Virus record (IMG/VR): IMGVR_UViG_3300020411_003715 | Coordinates: 1 to 64,000 of that record | Length of the DNA: 64,000 nt | Reading direction: 5' to 3' (one strand) | Source: a virus | Part shown: positions 1-9,247 of the stretch, in pieces | Numbering within the stretch: position 1 is the stretch's first letter | Layout: the number at the start of each line of letters is the position of its first letter | Position numbers and translations under genes: made by a program | The notes under the pieces: model-generated | Database searches by the model: none | Seen by the model: the letters and a program-made list of their open reading frames with translations, nothing else | Told to the model about the DNA's origin: nothing

Positions 1-461
1 AGCAGGGGGCGCAGCAGGGGGCGCAGCAGGGGGCGCAGCAGGGGGCGCAGCAGGCCCCGGGACAAGAGGGCGGGATGGCCGAGCAGCCACAACCCCCTGC
101 GGGACAAGCGGAACAGCAGCCTGGGATGCAGCAGGGGCAGATGCAACAACCACCTCCTCAGCAGGGGTCGCCGATGCCACAGCAGCCCGAGCCGCAGCAG
201 GCCGGGATTGATCAAAGTCCGGTAGGGGCGGGTCAGCAAGGAGGAATGGTTGACCTGTTTGCACAAGCAAAGAGAATAACGTCCCAGATAAAAAAGATGG
301 ACGAGGTTGATAGATACCGAGCGCTGTCACAGCTTCGGGCAACGAACCCGGATATGTACATGCTGGTAAACAATGCCTTGTCTGGGGCAGGCGTCAAGAC
401 GATGAGTCCGCTTCCTGAGCAGCTTCCGCCAAGGGCCGCCCCAGACAGGGCACAAATCTAA
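1..461 (+). CDS. 3' end of a gene truncated by the window edge; Gln/Pro/Gly-rich C-terminal tail (possibly portal protein)
   Basis: The frame is open from base 3 (QGAQQGAQQGAQQGAQQAPGQEGGM...), so the ATG at 75 is internal. Low-complexity Q/P tails are common on phage portals and no portal is seen elsewhere in the head block, but the portal identity is inference only. Confidence 0.45.
   Translation, partial: QGAQQGAQQGAQQGAQQAPGQEGGMAEQPQPPAGQAEQQPGMQQGQMQQPPPQQGSPMPQQPEPQQAGIDQSPVGAGQQGGMVDLFAQAKRITSQIKKMDEVDRYRALSQLRATNPDMYMLVNNALSGAGVKTMSPLPEQLPPRAAPDRAQI
2..53 (+). repeat. 12-bp tandem repeat (GCAGGGGGCGCA x4) encoding QQGA
   Basis: Read directly at bases 2-53; coding in the frame of the truncated ORF. 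Confidence 0.9.
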
Positions 462-679
462 TGAACCGCTATGAGCATTGCGGAGAATTGGTCACATCGA
501 TCACAACGACCGCGCTGGTAAAATGAAGAGGGATTATCGTTTTGTTTGACGCAACGACAGCACACCCACACAACGCACCCGGTGTTCTCAATAAAGTGGG
601 GACACTCCCCGCAGTTCTTGGGTTCATGGCACCAGATGCCAGCAACGTCACAAGCAATGGCTTTTGGTGCTTTTGTCAA
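458..679 (-). CDS. Small Cys-rich (10 Cys/73 aa) putative metal-binding protein
   Basis: TTG start with GAGGAG Shine-Dalgarno just upstream; CxxC pairs (CGEC, CCRC, CDRC); fills the gap between two + strand genes. Confidence 0.65.
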   Translation of the reverse strand: MTKAPKAIACDVAGIWCHEPKNCGECPHFIENTGCVVWVCCRCVKQNDNPSSFYQRGRCDRCDQFSAMLIAVH

Positions 680-889
680 CGGGTCTCCTCACGATTAGGT
701 GTTTGGAACGAGCGCGGTGTCGACTGCACGAGCAAGCTCACTAAGCGTGGACTCACAGTAAGCGGTGGTGCTTACAAGAGGCCCGCAGGTTTTTACGAAA
801 CTATTCATACTTTACTCCTTTTGTTTAAGGGCGTCATCACCCATAGTTCTTATACCTAATATGGAGGCCGGGTTAGCGCGGAGGATCCA

Positions 890-3800
890 ATGTCGAATAT
901 TCTAGATCCCGAGGGGGTAATGAAGACCCTCGAAGATGGGACCATAGATAAAATAAGTAAGTTCTTCCCCTTGGTAGGGAAGAAGCAGACTCTGGTCGCC
1001 AAGAGAATTTACTCGGGCGGCGACGTCAATATCGACGATATACCAAGCCAGAAGAAGGCTAGGCTGCGGGGCAGAACCTGGGCCCAAGGCCTTTACGGCG
1101 ACTTCGAACTCGTCGACAACAGCACGGGCAAGGTTGTTGACCGCGCAAATAAGATTAAAGTCGCTGCGATACCAAAGATAACGCGCCGGTTCAGCTACAT
1201 TGTGGATGGCACGGAGTACCAAGTCGACAACCAGTGGCGTCTTAAGTCGGGCGTTTACGCAAGAAGAAAGGCCAACGGCGAACTGGAGAGCCAGTTTAAC
1301 CTTGCGCAGGGCCGTGGGTTTAGAATGGGCTTCAACCCAGAGCGCAGACGATTCATGGTCACTTACGGGTCCTCGAATATCCAGCTCTTGCCAGTTCTTC
1401 AGGCGTTAGGTGTTCCGGACGAGAAGATCAGAGCGGCCTGGGGTAACGAGTTATATTCCCGAAGCATGGCAGACAAAAAGCGTGGAGAAGTCATAAAGCT
1501 GGCCAAGGCCCTGGACAGGAAGGCAACGCCTGCCACAGATACGGAGGCGGCTGAGGTTGTCGCCAAGGCCTATGGGGCCACAAAGCTTCTTCCGGAAACG
1601 ACAAAGATAACCCTTGGGGAGGGGTTTGACGCTGTGGGTGGTGGCGCACTGCTCGCAGCGTCATCAAAACTATTAAGGGTAAATAAAGGCGAAGAAGAAG
1701 TTGATAATCGAGACTCCCTGAGGTTCAAGGAGCTTTGGTCCATAAACGACTTTATCCCTGAGCGGATTGAGAACTCTGCCAGGAGGATAAATTACAAACT
1801 TGGCAATAACGTTGATCGTAAGGACAACATCCGAGCAATCGTTACCCCTGACATTTTTAATGTTCCGGTAAAGACATTTTTTACATCGACAAGCCTGTCC
1901 CAGCAGCCAAACCAAGTTAACCCTGTTGACATGGTAGGTGGGTTCTTGCGGACCACGATCATGGGGCAGGGCGGGATCGCTAGTGAGAATGCGATCTCCG
2001 ACGAAGCTAAGATGATCGACACAAGTTATTTGGGGTTCATGGACCCAGTCCACACCCCGGAGGGCAAGCGCACCGGTATCAGCGGGCACCTATCTCTTGG
2101 TGTAACGAAGGACGGCAAGGCTCCAAAGATTAAGGTCTATGATGTTAGGGCAGGCGGCTTTGTCATGAAGAGCCCGACAGAGCTTGCCAATAAGGCGCTT
2201 GCTTTCCCTGACCAATACTCCTTCTCGGGCAAAAGCCCCAAGCCTCTTCAGGACACAGTTACTGTTGTTCGAAAGGATGGGGGCGATCCGGAGAATGTGT
2301 CTCCCGATGAGGTGGACTACGTAATAACGTCGCCTAAGCAGATGTTCTCCATAACGGCTAACCTGATCCCGTTCCTTCCCTCTGATCAGGCCAACCGGGC
2401 GGGAATGGCTACACGCCACCTGGAACAAGCAATTTCTCTTAAGGACAGGGAAGCGCCGCTGGTTCAGGTGAAGTCGGGCAGTCCGGAAAAACGGTACGGA
2501 ACATGGGAGGGTATGCTTGGCTCATTCACGTCTCACGATAGTCCTGACTCAGGTGTTGTTGAGAGCGTAAGCTCCTCAAAAATTGTTGTTAAGACGGCCA
2601 AAGGGGAGAGGAAGACCGTATCTCTCTACGAGAATTTCCCGCTCAACGACAAGAAGGCGTTCATAAACAGCACACCTCTGGTTAAAAAGGGGGACTCTGT
2701 TAAAAGAGGTCAACCTTTGGCAGACACGAATTTCACCAAGGGCGGAACCTTGGCGATGGGCACAAACCTTGCAGTTGCTTACCTGCCCTATAAGGGACTC
2801 GTTTTCGAGGACGGCATAGTTATTTCGGAGTCCGCCTCAAAGAAGCTAACAAGCGAGCATTTGCACAAGAGCAGATCCTATGTTGATAGGGGCATGGCTT
2901 TAGGCCTGAAGAAGTTTCGCGCCAATTTTCCCGGTGCGGTAACGGAAAAGAATGCAGAAAAGCTAGATCCAGACGGAGTCATAAAAAAGGGTCAAAGAGT
3001 TGACCCCGGTGACGTATTGATGACGGTTCTTCAAAAGACCGAGCCTTCTAAAGAGCAGCTTCTTCTTAAAGGCATACACAAGTCTTTGATACGCCCGTAC
3101 AAGAACAAGTCTGTCACCTGGGACAAGCCTTATTCTGGGGTGGTCACTGACGTCGTCCGGAACGGAAAAGAGGTTGTTGTCTACACCAAAACTGAAGAGT
3201 CTGCTGACGTTGGGGACAAGCTTACGGGAAGACACGGTAACAAGGGCGTTATCACTGCCGTGGTACCAGATGAGGAGATGCCCAGGGATGCAGATGGAAA
3301 CACAATACAGCTAATACTTAATCCTTCCGGTGTCCCTGGCCGAATTAATCTTGGTCAGGTTCTTGAGACAAGCTTAGCTAAGGTTGCTGACGCACAGGGC
3401 GAGCCGTACGCGGTTGACAACTTCCAGACAAACGACACCAAGAAAGTTGTAAAGGTAAAGGAGCATACCCGAACAATCCAAACCAAAGAAGGCCCTAAGA
3501 AGATCACGATCAAAGAGCATGAAAGGGAGCTTGGTTACCAGGAGCGCGTTAAACAAGTCTTGGCAGAGGCGGGCATATCTGAAACTACGGAACTGTTTGA
3601 TCCGGCAACAGGTAAGAGTCTTGGCGAAGTTCTTGTCGGGAAGCAGTACACGCTAAAGCTTCTCCATCAGGTGGATAAAAAGCTTCGGGCTCGTGCGCAT
3701 GGCTATGGCCATGATTATGATGCCAACCTCGTCCCTAAAGGGGGCGGAGAATCGGGAGCGGCGCAGAGATTTGGGGAGCTTGGTCTTTATGCGATGCTAT

Positions 3801-6800
3801 CTCACGGATCTACGGCAAACATACGCGATGCTCTGACCTACAAAAGCGATAAGGCGCAAGACGAGGTATGGACAGCGGTCCAGACTGGGGCGATCCTCCC
3901 AGCCCCAAAGCCCTCTTTTGCGTACGAGAAGTTAATATCCTACATGCGAGCTTTGGGGCTTGATGTTGAGAAGGAAGGCAACGGCCTCGTCGTCAGCCCG
4001 CTCACTGATAAGCAAATACTTGAGTCTTCGAGCGGTGAGATAAAGGACGGAAGCAAGGTTATACGTGGCAAAGATCTGAAACCCGAAAAGGGGGGTCTTT
4101 TTGACGAGGAAGTAACGGGCGGCCCTGGAGGCAAAAAGTGGTCTCATATCGCCCTTGCCACTGGGATGCCAAACCCGATGTTTGAGAAGTCTGTGCGCTC
4201 CCTTTTAGGAATAACGGGTAAGCAATATGATTCCATAATGTCCGGAAAAGAAGGCCTGACAGAGGACGGGAGCGTAGCCCCAGCAGGAAAGGGTGTTGCC
4301 TCAGGCCCGGAGGGCCTTATTCAAGCGTTGGCTGGGATCAATGTTGATAAGGCGCTTTCAGAGTCCAAAGAAGAGATAAAGACCGCCAGACGCTCTGAGC
4401 TTGACAGGGTGAACAAGAGAATTAAGTACCTGCTAATGCTTAAAAAGCAGGGGCTTACCCCCCAAGAGGCTTACTCAATATCCAATGTCCCTGTCCTCCC
4501 CCCTGTGTTTCGCCCAATCACCGCTATGGAGGGAGGAGACCTTAATATCGATGGCACTAACATGCTCTACCGGGATATCGCCATACTTAACCAAAAGCTC
4601 GGCGAGGCAAAGGGCGTACTCCCAGATTCAGCGGTAGCTCAGCTTAAGTCAGATTTGTATGACGCTGTTGACGCGTTGATGGGCACGTCGACACCGTCTG
4701 AGTCTGCGCTTACTTTGGATGGTCAGGCCAGACCGCCGGGGATACTGACTATCCTCTCTGGTCGGCAGTCTCCAAAACAGAGCTTCTTTCACAAAAGAAT
4801 CCTGGACCGTAAGCAGGACATTTCGATGCGGTCCGTTATTGTTCCAAACATGGATCTTCATCTCGATGAGATCGGCCTCCCCAGGAAGGGGGCCATGAAG
4901 ATGTACAGGCCTTTTGTGGTCAAAGAGCTTGTTCGTATGGGGTATACCCCCCTAAAGGCCCGGGAGGAGATAGAGAGCAAATCCACTCTTGCCGACAGGG
5001 CGCTGGAGATTGCTGTTAAGAAGCGTCCGGTTCTTTTTAAGCGTGACCCTGTATTGCATAAATTTGGGATTATGGCCTTCAAGCCTAAGCTCCACAATGA
5101 GTCATCTATCCACATCCACCCACTAGTCACCGGTGGATTTAATGCGGACTTTGATGGCGACACAATGGCCGTGTTCGTTCCCGTATCGCAGGACGCGGTA
5201 GACGAAGCGCATAAAATGATGCCGTCAAAAAATCTGTTCAACCCCGCAACGGGTAGGGTCATGTATCAGCCCAGCCTGGAGGGGCAGCTGGGCCTTTACC
5301 TCCTGACCCAGATGGGGCGGAAGACGCGGGCGGTATTTGGTAGTGATAAGGAAGCTATTTCTGCCGCCAAGTCCGGTGAAATTTCCATGACAGATGTTGT
5401 CACCGTTGACGGGAAGAGGACCACTGCCGGCCGGCTTGTCTTTAGCAACGCCCTCCCGAAGAAGCTTAGAAGCGACGCTATGCTCACGGACGAGTCTATG
5501 TTCATGGGTAAAGAAAATCTCCAGTCCGTTCTTAGGGAGGTTGCCACTAAGACGCCGGCGGAGTTTCAAGAGACTGCTGACAAGATTAAAGATCTTGGTT
5601 TCGGTCACGCGTACAACATAGGGTTTTCGTTTAGTCTTTCTGACTTTGACGCCATGCGCGAGATACGAGCAAAGAAGATCGGCGCAGCCAAGGTAAAAGA
5701 AGCGGCGATCAGAAAGAAGCGCAAGATGAACTTGATTTCAAAAAGCGCTGCGGATCAGCAGATAATTGATCTTTACACCGCCGTCACAGAGGAAATGAAC
5801 GTAGAGGTAAAGAAGGTTCTGGATAAGAGCGGTAATAAGCTTCGGGCCATGAATAAGGCCGGGGTTAAGCCCTCATGGTCACAGGTTCAGCAAATGCTTG
5901 TTGGGCCAATGCTCGTTGAAAACGCGAAGGGGCGCGTAATCCCCGTTCCGATTTCCAGATCTTACTCAGAGGGGCTTAAGTCGTCAGACTATTGGGTGGC
6001 GTCGTCGGGGGCCAGGAAAGGCCTAATCGAAAAGGTTCAATCGGTTCAAAAACCGGGCGCTCTGAATAAGCAGCTTGCCAATACGATGATGCCTTTTGTT
6101 GTTACCGAGGATGATTGTGGAACTACAAAGGGTGTTGCGATGGACAGCGCTGACTCCGATCTGGTGGATCGGTTTACCGCAAAGGCTATCTCTACTAAAG
6201 GCTTCCGGGTGGCCGCAAACACAGCGATAACGCCGTCGCTCATATCTAAGATAAAATCTGCGAAGGTAACTAAGGTTTTAGCTCGATCGCCCCTCAAGTG
6301 CGAGTCCGCCAAAGGCATGTGTTCAAAATGCTACGGACTTATGGATGGTGGCAGGCCTATTGAAAAAGGTACCAATATCGGGGTGATAGCGGGAACCTCC
6401 TTGGGCGAACGCGGCACACAGCTTGCTATGAAGACCTTCCATACCGGTGGTGTCGCTGGCTCTTCTGCTGGGGTTGTGGGCGGAATCGATAGAGTTACGC
6501 AAATACTTAAGATGCCCGCAACCCTCCCAAATGCAGCCGTCTTGTCACCCTCAACCGCAACAGTTTCTTCTATTAAGGAGAGCCCCGTTGGCGGGTATGA
6601 CCTTACTATTGGGACAGAGGATGTGTACGTCCCTGCGGGTAGAACGCTTAATGTGTCTGAAGGATCAAAGGTTAAGAAAGGTCAAAAACTTTCTAGCGGG
6701 GTTGTTGATCCAAGAGATCTTCTTGAGAAGACGAATGTGGATACCGTCCAGGCCTATATCGCTGATGAGATCAACAAGGTGTACAAGAATGAGGGTATCA

Positions 6801-7159
6801 AACGTAGGAACATCGAGGTTGTAACAAAAGGGATAACCAACCTCGGAAGGGTTTCCGATCCTGGGGACTCTAATTTCGTAAAGAACGACTACGTATCCCT
6901 GTCTCATGCAGCAGCACTAAACAGATCAGGAAAGATGGCCAAGCCGATCGTAGTGGAGCCAACCCTACGAGGTATCGAGACCCTCCCGCTTGACCAAACC
7001 ACCGACTGGATTGCCAGACTGCAGTACAGGAAACTAAAGGAGACATTTATCAGAGCCGCGAACGAGGGGTGGGAGTCTGATATCCACGGCATACACCCTG
7101 CTCCCGGAATTACGTATTCCGCTGAGTTCGGGAAGAGCAAAGGGGAGGGGCCCTACTAA
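890..7159 (+). CDS. rpoBC: DNA-directed RNA polymerase, beta and beta' fused in one 2089-aa polypeptide
   Basis: Beta motifs GDKLTGRHGNKG, NPSGVPGRINLGQ, QRFGELG; beta' motifs PVLPPVFRP, KRDPVLH, catalytic NADFDGD (5141-5161), QLAMKTFHTGG, C-terminal Zn site DDCG...CESAKGMCSKCYG. No stop codon between the halves (junction ~3950-3990). Confidence 0.97.
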   Translation: MSNILDPEGVMKTLEDGTIDKISKFFPLVGKKQTLVAKRIYSGGDVNIDDIPSQKKARLRGRTWAQGLYGDFELVDNSTGKVVDRANKIKVAAIPKITRRFSYIVDGTEYQVDNQWRLKSGVYARRKANGELESQFNLAQGRGFRMGFNPERRRFMVTYGSSNIQLLPVLQALGVPDEKIRAAWGNELYSRSMADKKRGEVIKLAKALDRKATPATDTEAAEVVAKAYGATKLLPETTKITLGEGFDAVGGGALLAASSKLLRVNKGEEEVDNRDSLRFKELWSINDFIPERIENSARRINYKLGNNVDRKDNIRAIVTPDIFNVPVKTFFTSTSLSQQPNQVNPVDMVGGFLRTTIMGQGGIASENAISDEAKMIDTSYLGFMDPVHTPEGKRTGISGHLSLGVTKDGKAPKIKVYDVRAGGFVMKSPTELANKALAFPDQYSFSGKSPKPLQDTVTVVRKDGGDPENVSPDEVDYVITSPKQMFSITANLIPFLPSDQANRAGMATRHLEQAISLKDREAPLVQVKSGSPEKRYGTWEGMLGSFTSHDSPDSGVVESVSSSKIVVKTAKGERKTVSLYENFPLNDKKAFINSTPLVKKGDSVKRGQPLADTNFTKGGTLAMGTNLAVAYLPYKGLVFEDGIVISESASKKLTSEHLHKSRSYVDRGMALGLKKFRANFPGAVTEKNAEKLDPDGVIKKGQRVDPGDVLMTVLQKTEPSKEQLLLKGIHKSLIRPYKNKSVTWDKPYSGVVTDVVRNGKEVVVYTKTEESADVGDKLTGRHGNKGVITAVVPDEEMPRDADGNTIQLILNPSGVPGRINLGQVLETSLAKVADAQGEPYAVDNFQTNDTKKVVKVKEHTRTIQTKEGPKKITIKEHERELGYQERVKQVLAEAGISETTELFDPATGKSLGEVLVGKQYTLKLLHQVDKKLRARAHGYGHDYDANLVPKGGGESGAAQRFGELGLYAMLSHGSTANIRDALTYKSDKAQDEVWTAVQTGAILPAPKPSFAYEKLISYMRALGLDVEKEGNGLVVSPLTDKQILESSSGEIKDGSKVIRGKDLKPEKGGLFDEEVTGGPGGKKWSHIALATGMPNPMFEKSVRSLLGITGKQYDSIMSGKEGLTEDGSVAPAGKGVASGPEGLIQALAGINVDKALSESKEEIKTARRSELDRVNKRIKYLLMLKKQGLTPQEAYSISNVPVLPPVFRPITAMEGGDLNIDGTNMLYRDIAILNQKLGEAKGVLPDSAVAQLKSDLYDAVDALMGTSTPSESALTLDGQARPPGILTILSGRQSPKQSFFHKRILDRKQDISMRSVIVPNMDLHLDEIGLPRKGAMKMYRPFVVKELVRMGYTPLKAREEIESKSTLADRALEIAVKKRPVLFKRDPVLHKFGIMAFKPKLHNESSIHIHPLVTGGFNADFDGDTMAVFVPVSQDAVDEAHKMMPSKNLFNPATGRVMYQPSLEGQLGLYLLTQMGRKTRAVFGSDKEAISAAKSGEISMTDVVTVDGKRTTAGRLVFSNALPKKLRSDAMLTDESMFMGKENLQSVLREVATKTPAEFQETADKIKDLGFGHAYNIGFSFSLSDFDAMREIRAKKIGAAKVKEAAIRKKRKMNLISKSAADQQIIDLYTAVTEEMNVEVKKVLDKSGNKLRAMNKAGVKPSWSQVQQMLVGPMLVENAKGRVIPVPISRSYSEGLKSSDYWVASSGARKGLIEKVQSVQKPGALNKQLANTMMPFVVTEDDCGTTKGVAMDSADSDLVDRFTAKAISTKGFRVAANTAITPSLISKIKSAKVTKVLARSPLKCESAKGMCSKCYGLMDGGRPIEKGTNIGVIAGTSLGERGTQLAMKTFHTGGVAGSSAGVVGGIDRVTQILKMPATLPNAAVLSPSTATVSSIKESPVGGYDLTIGTEDVYVPAGRTLNVSEGSKVKKGQKLSSGVVDPRDLLEKTNVDTVQAYIADEINKVYKNEGIKRRNIEVVTKGITNLGRVSDPGDSNFVKNDYVSLSHAAALNRSGKMAKPIVVEPTLRGIETLPLDQTTDWIARLQYRKLKETFIRAANEGWESDIHGIHPAPGITYSAEFGKSKGEGPY

Positions 7160-8646
7160 TGGTCATGAATGATGCTTGGGGCAAATCCTCAGAAGCCGCC
7201 CATGGGCCAGCAAAGGTAATGCTCGCCAAGATAACTTCCGTAAACATGCGCGAGTTTACTGTCGACTTGGTGACAATATACACGCACCAGCCTATCCCAG
7301 ACGTACCGTTTACCTCTCCGTATTGCCACCATACTCACCCTGGTGGCACATACTTTATGCCAGAAGTTGGGTCGTACTGTTACGTTTGCGAAGCTGCTGA
7401 TGGCACCTCATTTGTCTTCGCGTTTGTGACAAACCCACAAACAGTTGCTCCCGAAAAAGAGGTAGACCCCAAAGCGGGGACCGACCTTGAGTACATAGAA
7501 GAGGTCGGGGACATGGGACCAAACTTCCGTGGAGCTAGGGAGATCCTTGAGCCTGGAGACATCTTCCTAGGAACAATCGACGGGAACAGCGTTATTGTGA
7601 GAAGGGGCGGCGTTGTCCAGATAGGCGCAACAGGGATGTCTCAAAGAATATACATACCCATAGAGAATGTGGTTCGGGACTACTTTCAAAGGTATCAGGC
7701 CTACAGCCCTGTTGGTGAAATTGAGTGGGGCCACGCGGTCCTTGTTGAAGGAGAAAAACCAACACACACCGACGGATACCTCGCGAAAGACTACACGGAC
7801 GCGGACCTCCAAGAGTCCCTTAAGGTGGCCGCCGAAACACCGGTGCTGGTTAAGTATAGTATTAAAGACTTGTGCCAAGAGGACGTATCCACAGGAAAGC
7901 ATACGGTAGAGCTTAGAGTTGGACGACTCACCAAGGACCAACTAGATCCAGAGGAAGACAAAGAGCACATCTTCGCCCAGCCCGAGCATAAGACAGGAGA
8001 CAGTGCCCGGGCAGATAAGCCGGTTTTCCCTGAGCGGGACAATAAAGGGGAGTCGAAGGGAATAATCAAAGAGGAAAGAGGGGTCATAAGCCTAACCGTA
8101 TACCAGCACGACGAAAAAGATGATCAGGGCACGTCTTTTGGCGATGTTGGGAAGGACTCAAAAAGGGTTCGCTACGTGTTCCAAGTAAGCAGGGATGGGG
8201 ACAACTTTATATTTACACGTGGTAATATACACGTGGAAGTGGCGCAAACCGTGTATGCAAACGTCCAAGAGGGGGTTAAGCTTGTATACGGAGATGGCGG
8301 CGGCAGCAATTCCGTTGCCGACAACAAACAGTCCGTACTTGAATTATTAAAGGATAATAATCTTAAAGCACAGATTAAGGCGCTTCTTGTGGAATGTTTG
8401 GACGAAATGGACTTTAAGGTTGAAAAGTCTGTGAAGATCCAGGGTAAGAAGGACATACAGCTGGGTCCGGATGGGGCAGACCTGCAAGAGGTTGTTCTTG
8501 TGTCTGACTTGCAGACTTGGTTTACAAGTAAGTTTAAAACCATTTGCGGCGCTGGGCCGGGGCAAATAGATCCTTCATGCCTCCAAACCTTCAAGTCTGA
8601 CGTTGCATCATACGAGGTTAAAGCAAAAAAGGGGTCGCAGGGATAA
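7159..8646 (+). CDS. Baseplate hub/central spike-like protein (gp5/gpV-type N-terminal OB fold)
   Basis: N-terminus AKITSV..TVDL..DVP..GGTYFMPEVGSYCYV resembles gp5/gpV OB-fold starts; beta-rich repeats near the C-terminus; TAATG-coupled to the RNAP gene. Confidence 0.55.
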   Translation: MVMNDAWGKSSEAAHGPAKVMLAKITSVNMREFTVDLVTIYTHQPIPDVPFTSPYCHHTHPGGTYFMPEVGSYCYVCEAADGTSFVFAFVTNPQTVAPEKEVDPKAGTDLEYIEEVGDMGPNFRGAREILEPGDIFLGTIDGNSVIVRRGGVVQIGATGMSQRIYIPIENVVRDYFQRYQAYSPVGEIEWGHAVLVEGEKPTHTDGYLAKDYTDADLQESLKVAAETPVLVKYSIKDLCQEDVSTGKHTVELRVGRLTKDQLDPEEDKEHIFAQPEHKTGDSARADKPVFPERDNKGESKGIIKEERGVISLTVYQHDEKDDQGTSFGDVGKDSKRVRYVFQVSRDGDNFIFTRGNIHVEVAQTVYANVQEGVKLVYGDGGGSNSVADNKQSVLELLKDNNLKAQIKALLVECLDEMDFKVEKSVKIQGKKDIQLGPDGADLQEVVLVSDLQTWFTSKFKTICGAGPGQIDPSCLQTFKSDVASYEVKAKKGSQG

Positions 8647-9152
8647 TGGCACTGGCTGACACACTTCAAGGGGTCAAGAACGCGGTTGACGCGGTGAGCC
8701 TATTTATGCCCGGAAACGAGAGCGCACACCTGGGCGAACAGTGGGCCTACGTTGCGAGCGAGTTCTTCTCTGGCGGAACTAATCCCGAATGGACGCCCGC
8801 CGGAATCGACGCTGGAAGGGCTGCTTTTGCCGCAGCGTTTGGGAATACCCTGCCTCCAGACCCTACAGGCGCGGTGCTTATTTTAAAGCTTCAAACCGCT
8901 TTTAAGGCTTTTGCGGACTTGGCCGCAATCCCAGCAAACGCGGTGCCCGTTTCCCCACCAGCGCAGATACCCCCTATACAGCCTCCGCCAGCACCAATGG
9001 CACCAATAACAATTCCCCCACCGAGTGATAGCACAGAGCCTTTAGCTATTGAGATATTCTCTAAGCTTATTGCCTGGGCACCAACCGGACTGGTTTCTAT
9101 CCCAAATCCCGCAGGGGCCGGACCACCGGTTCCGACAACCCCATGGTCTTAG
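8646..9152 (+). CDS. Hypothetical Pro-rich protein downstream of the spike gene
   Basis: TAATG overlap with the upstream gene; 168 aa. Confidence 0.75.
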   Translation: MALADTLQGVKNAVDAVSLFMPGNESAHLGEQWAYVASEFFSGGTNPEWTPAGIDAGRAAFAAAFGNTLPPDPTGAVLILKLQTAFKAFADLAAIPANAVPVSPPAQIPPIQPPPAPMAPITIPPPSDSTEPLAIEIFSKLIAWAPTGLVSIPNPAGAGPPVPTTPWS

Positions 9153-9247
9153 GAGAAGTCAGTGTCTTCAACAGTCGGTACATACAATGTATTATTGAAA
9201 CGGGCTGAGGGTAAACACACAAACCGTTTAGTCGTAGGAGCATTATT

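Noticed and set aside
542-859. 105-aa + strand ORF before the RNAP
   Set aside because: Overlaps the better-supported minus-strand Cys-rich gene and its promoter motif; no SD or recognisable features.
890-7159. Cellular chromosome rpoBC locus
   Set aside because: No ribosomal-protein neighbours (rplL, rpsL); flanked by terminase, capsid and tail genes; sequence is highly divergent and shortened.
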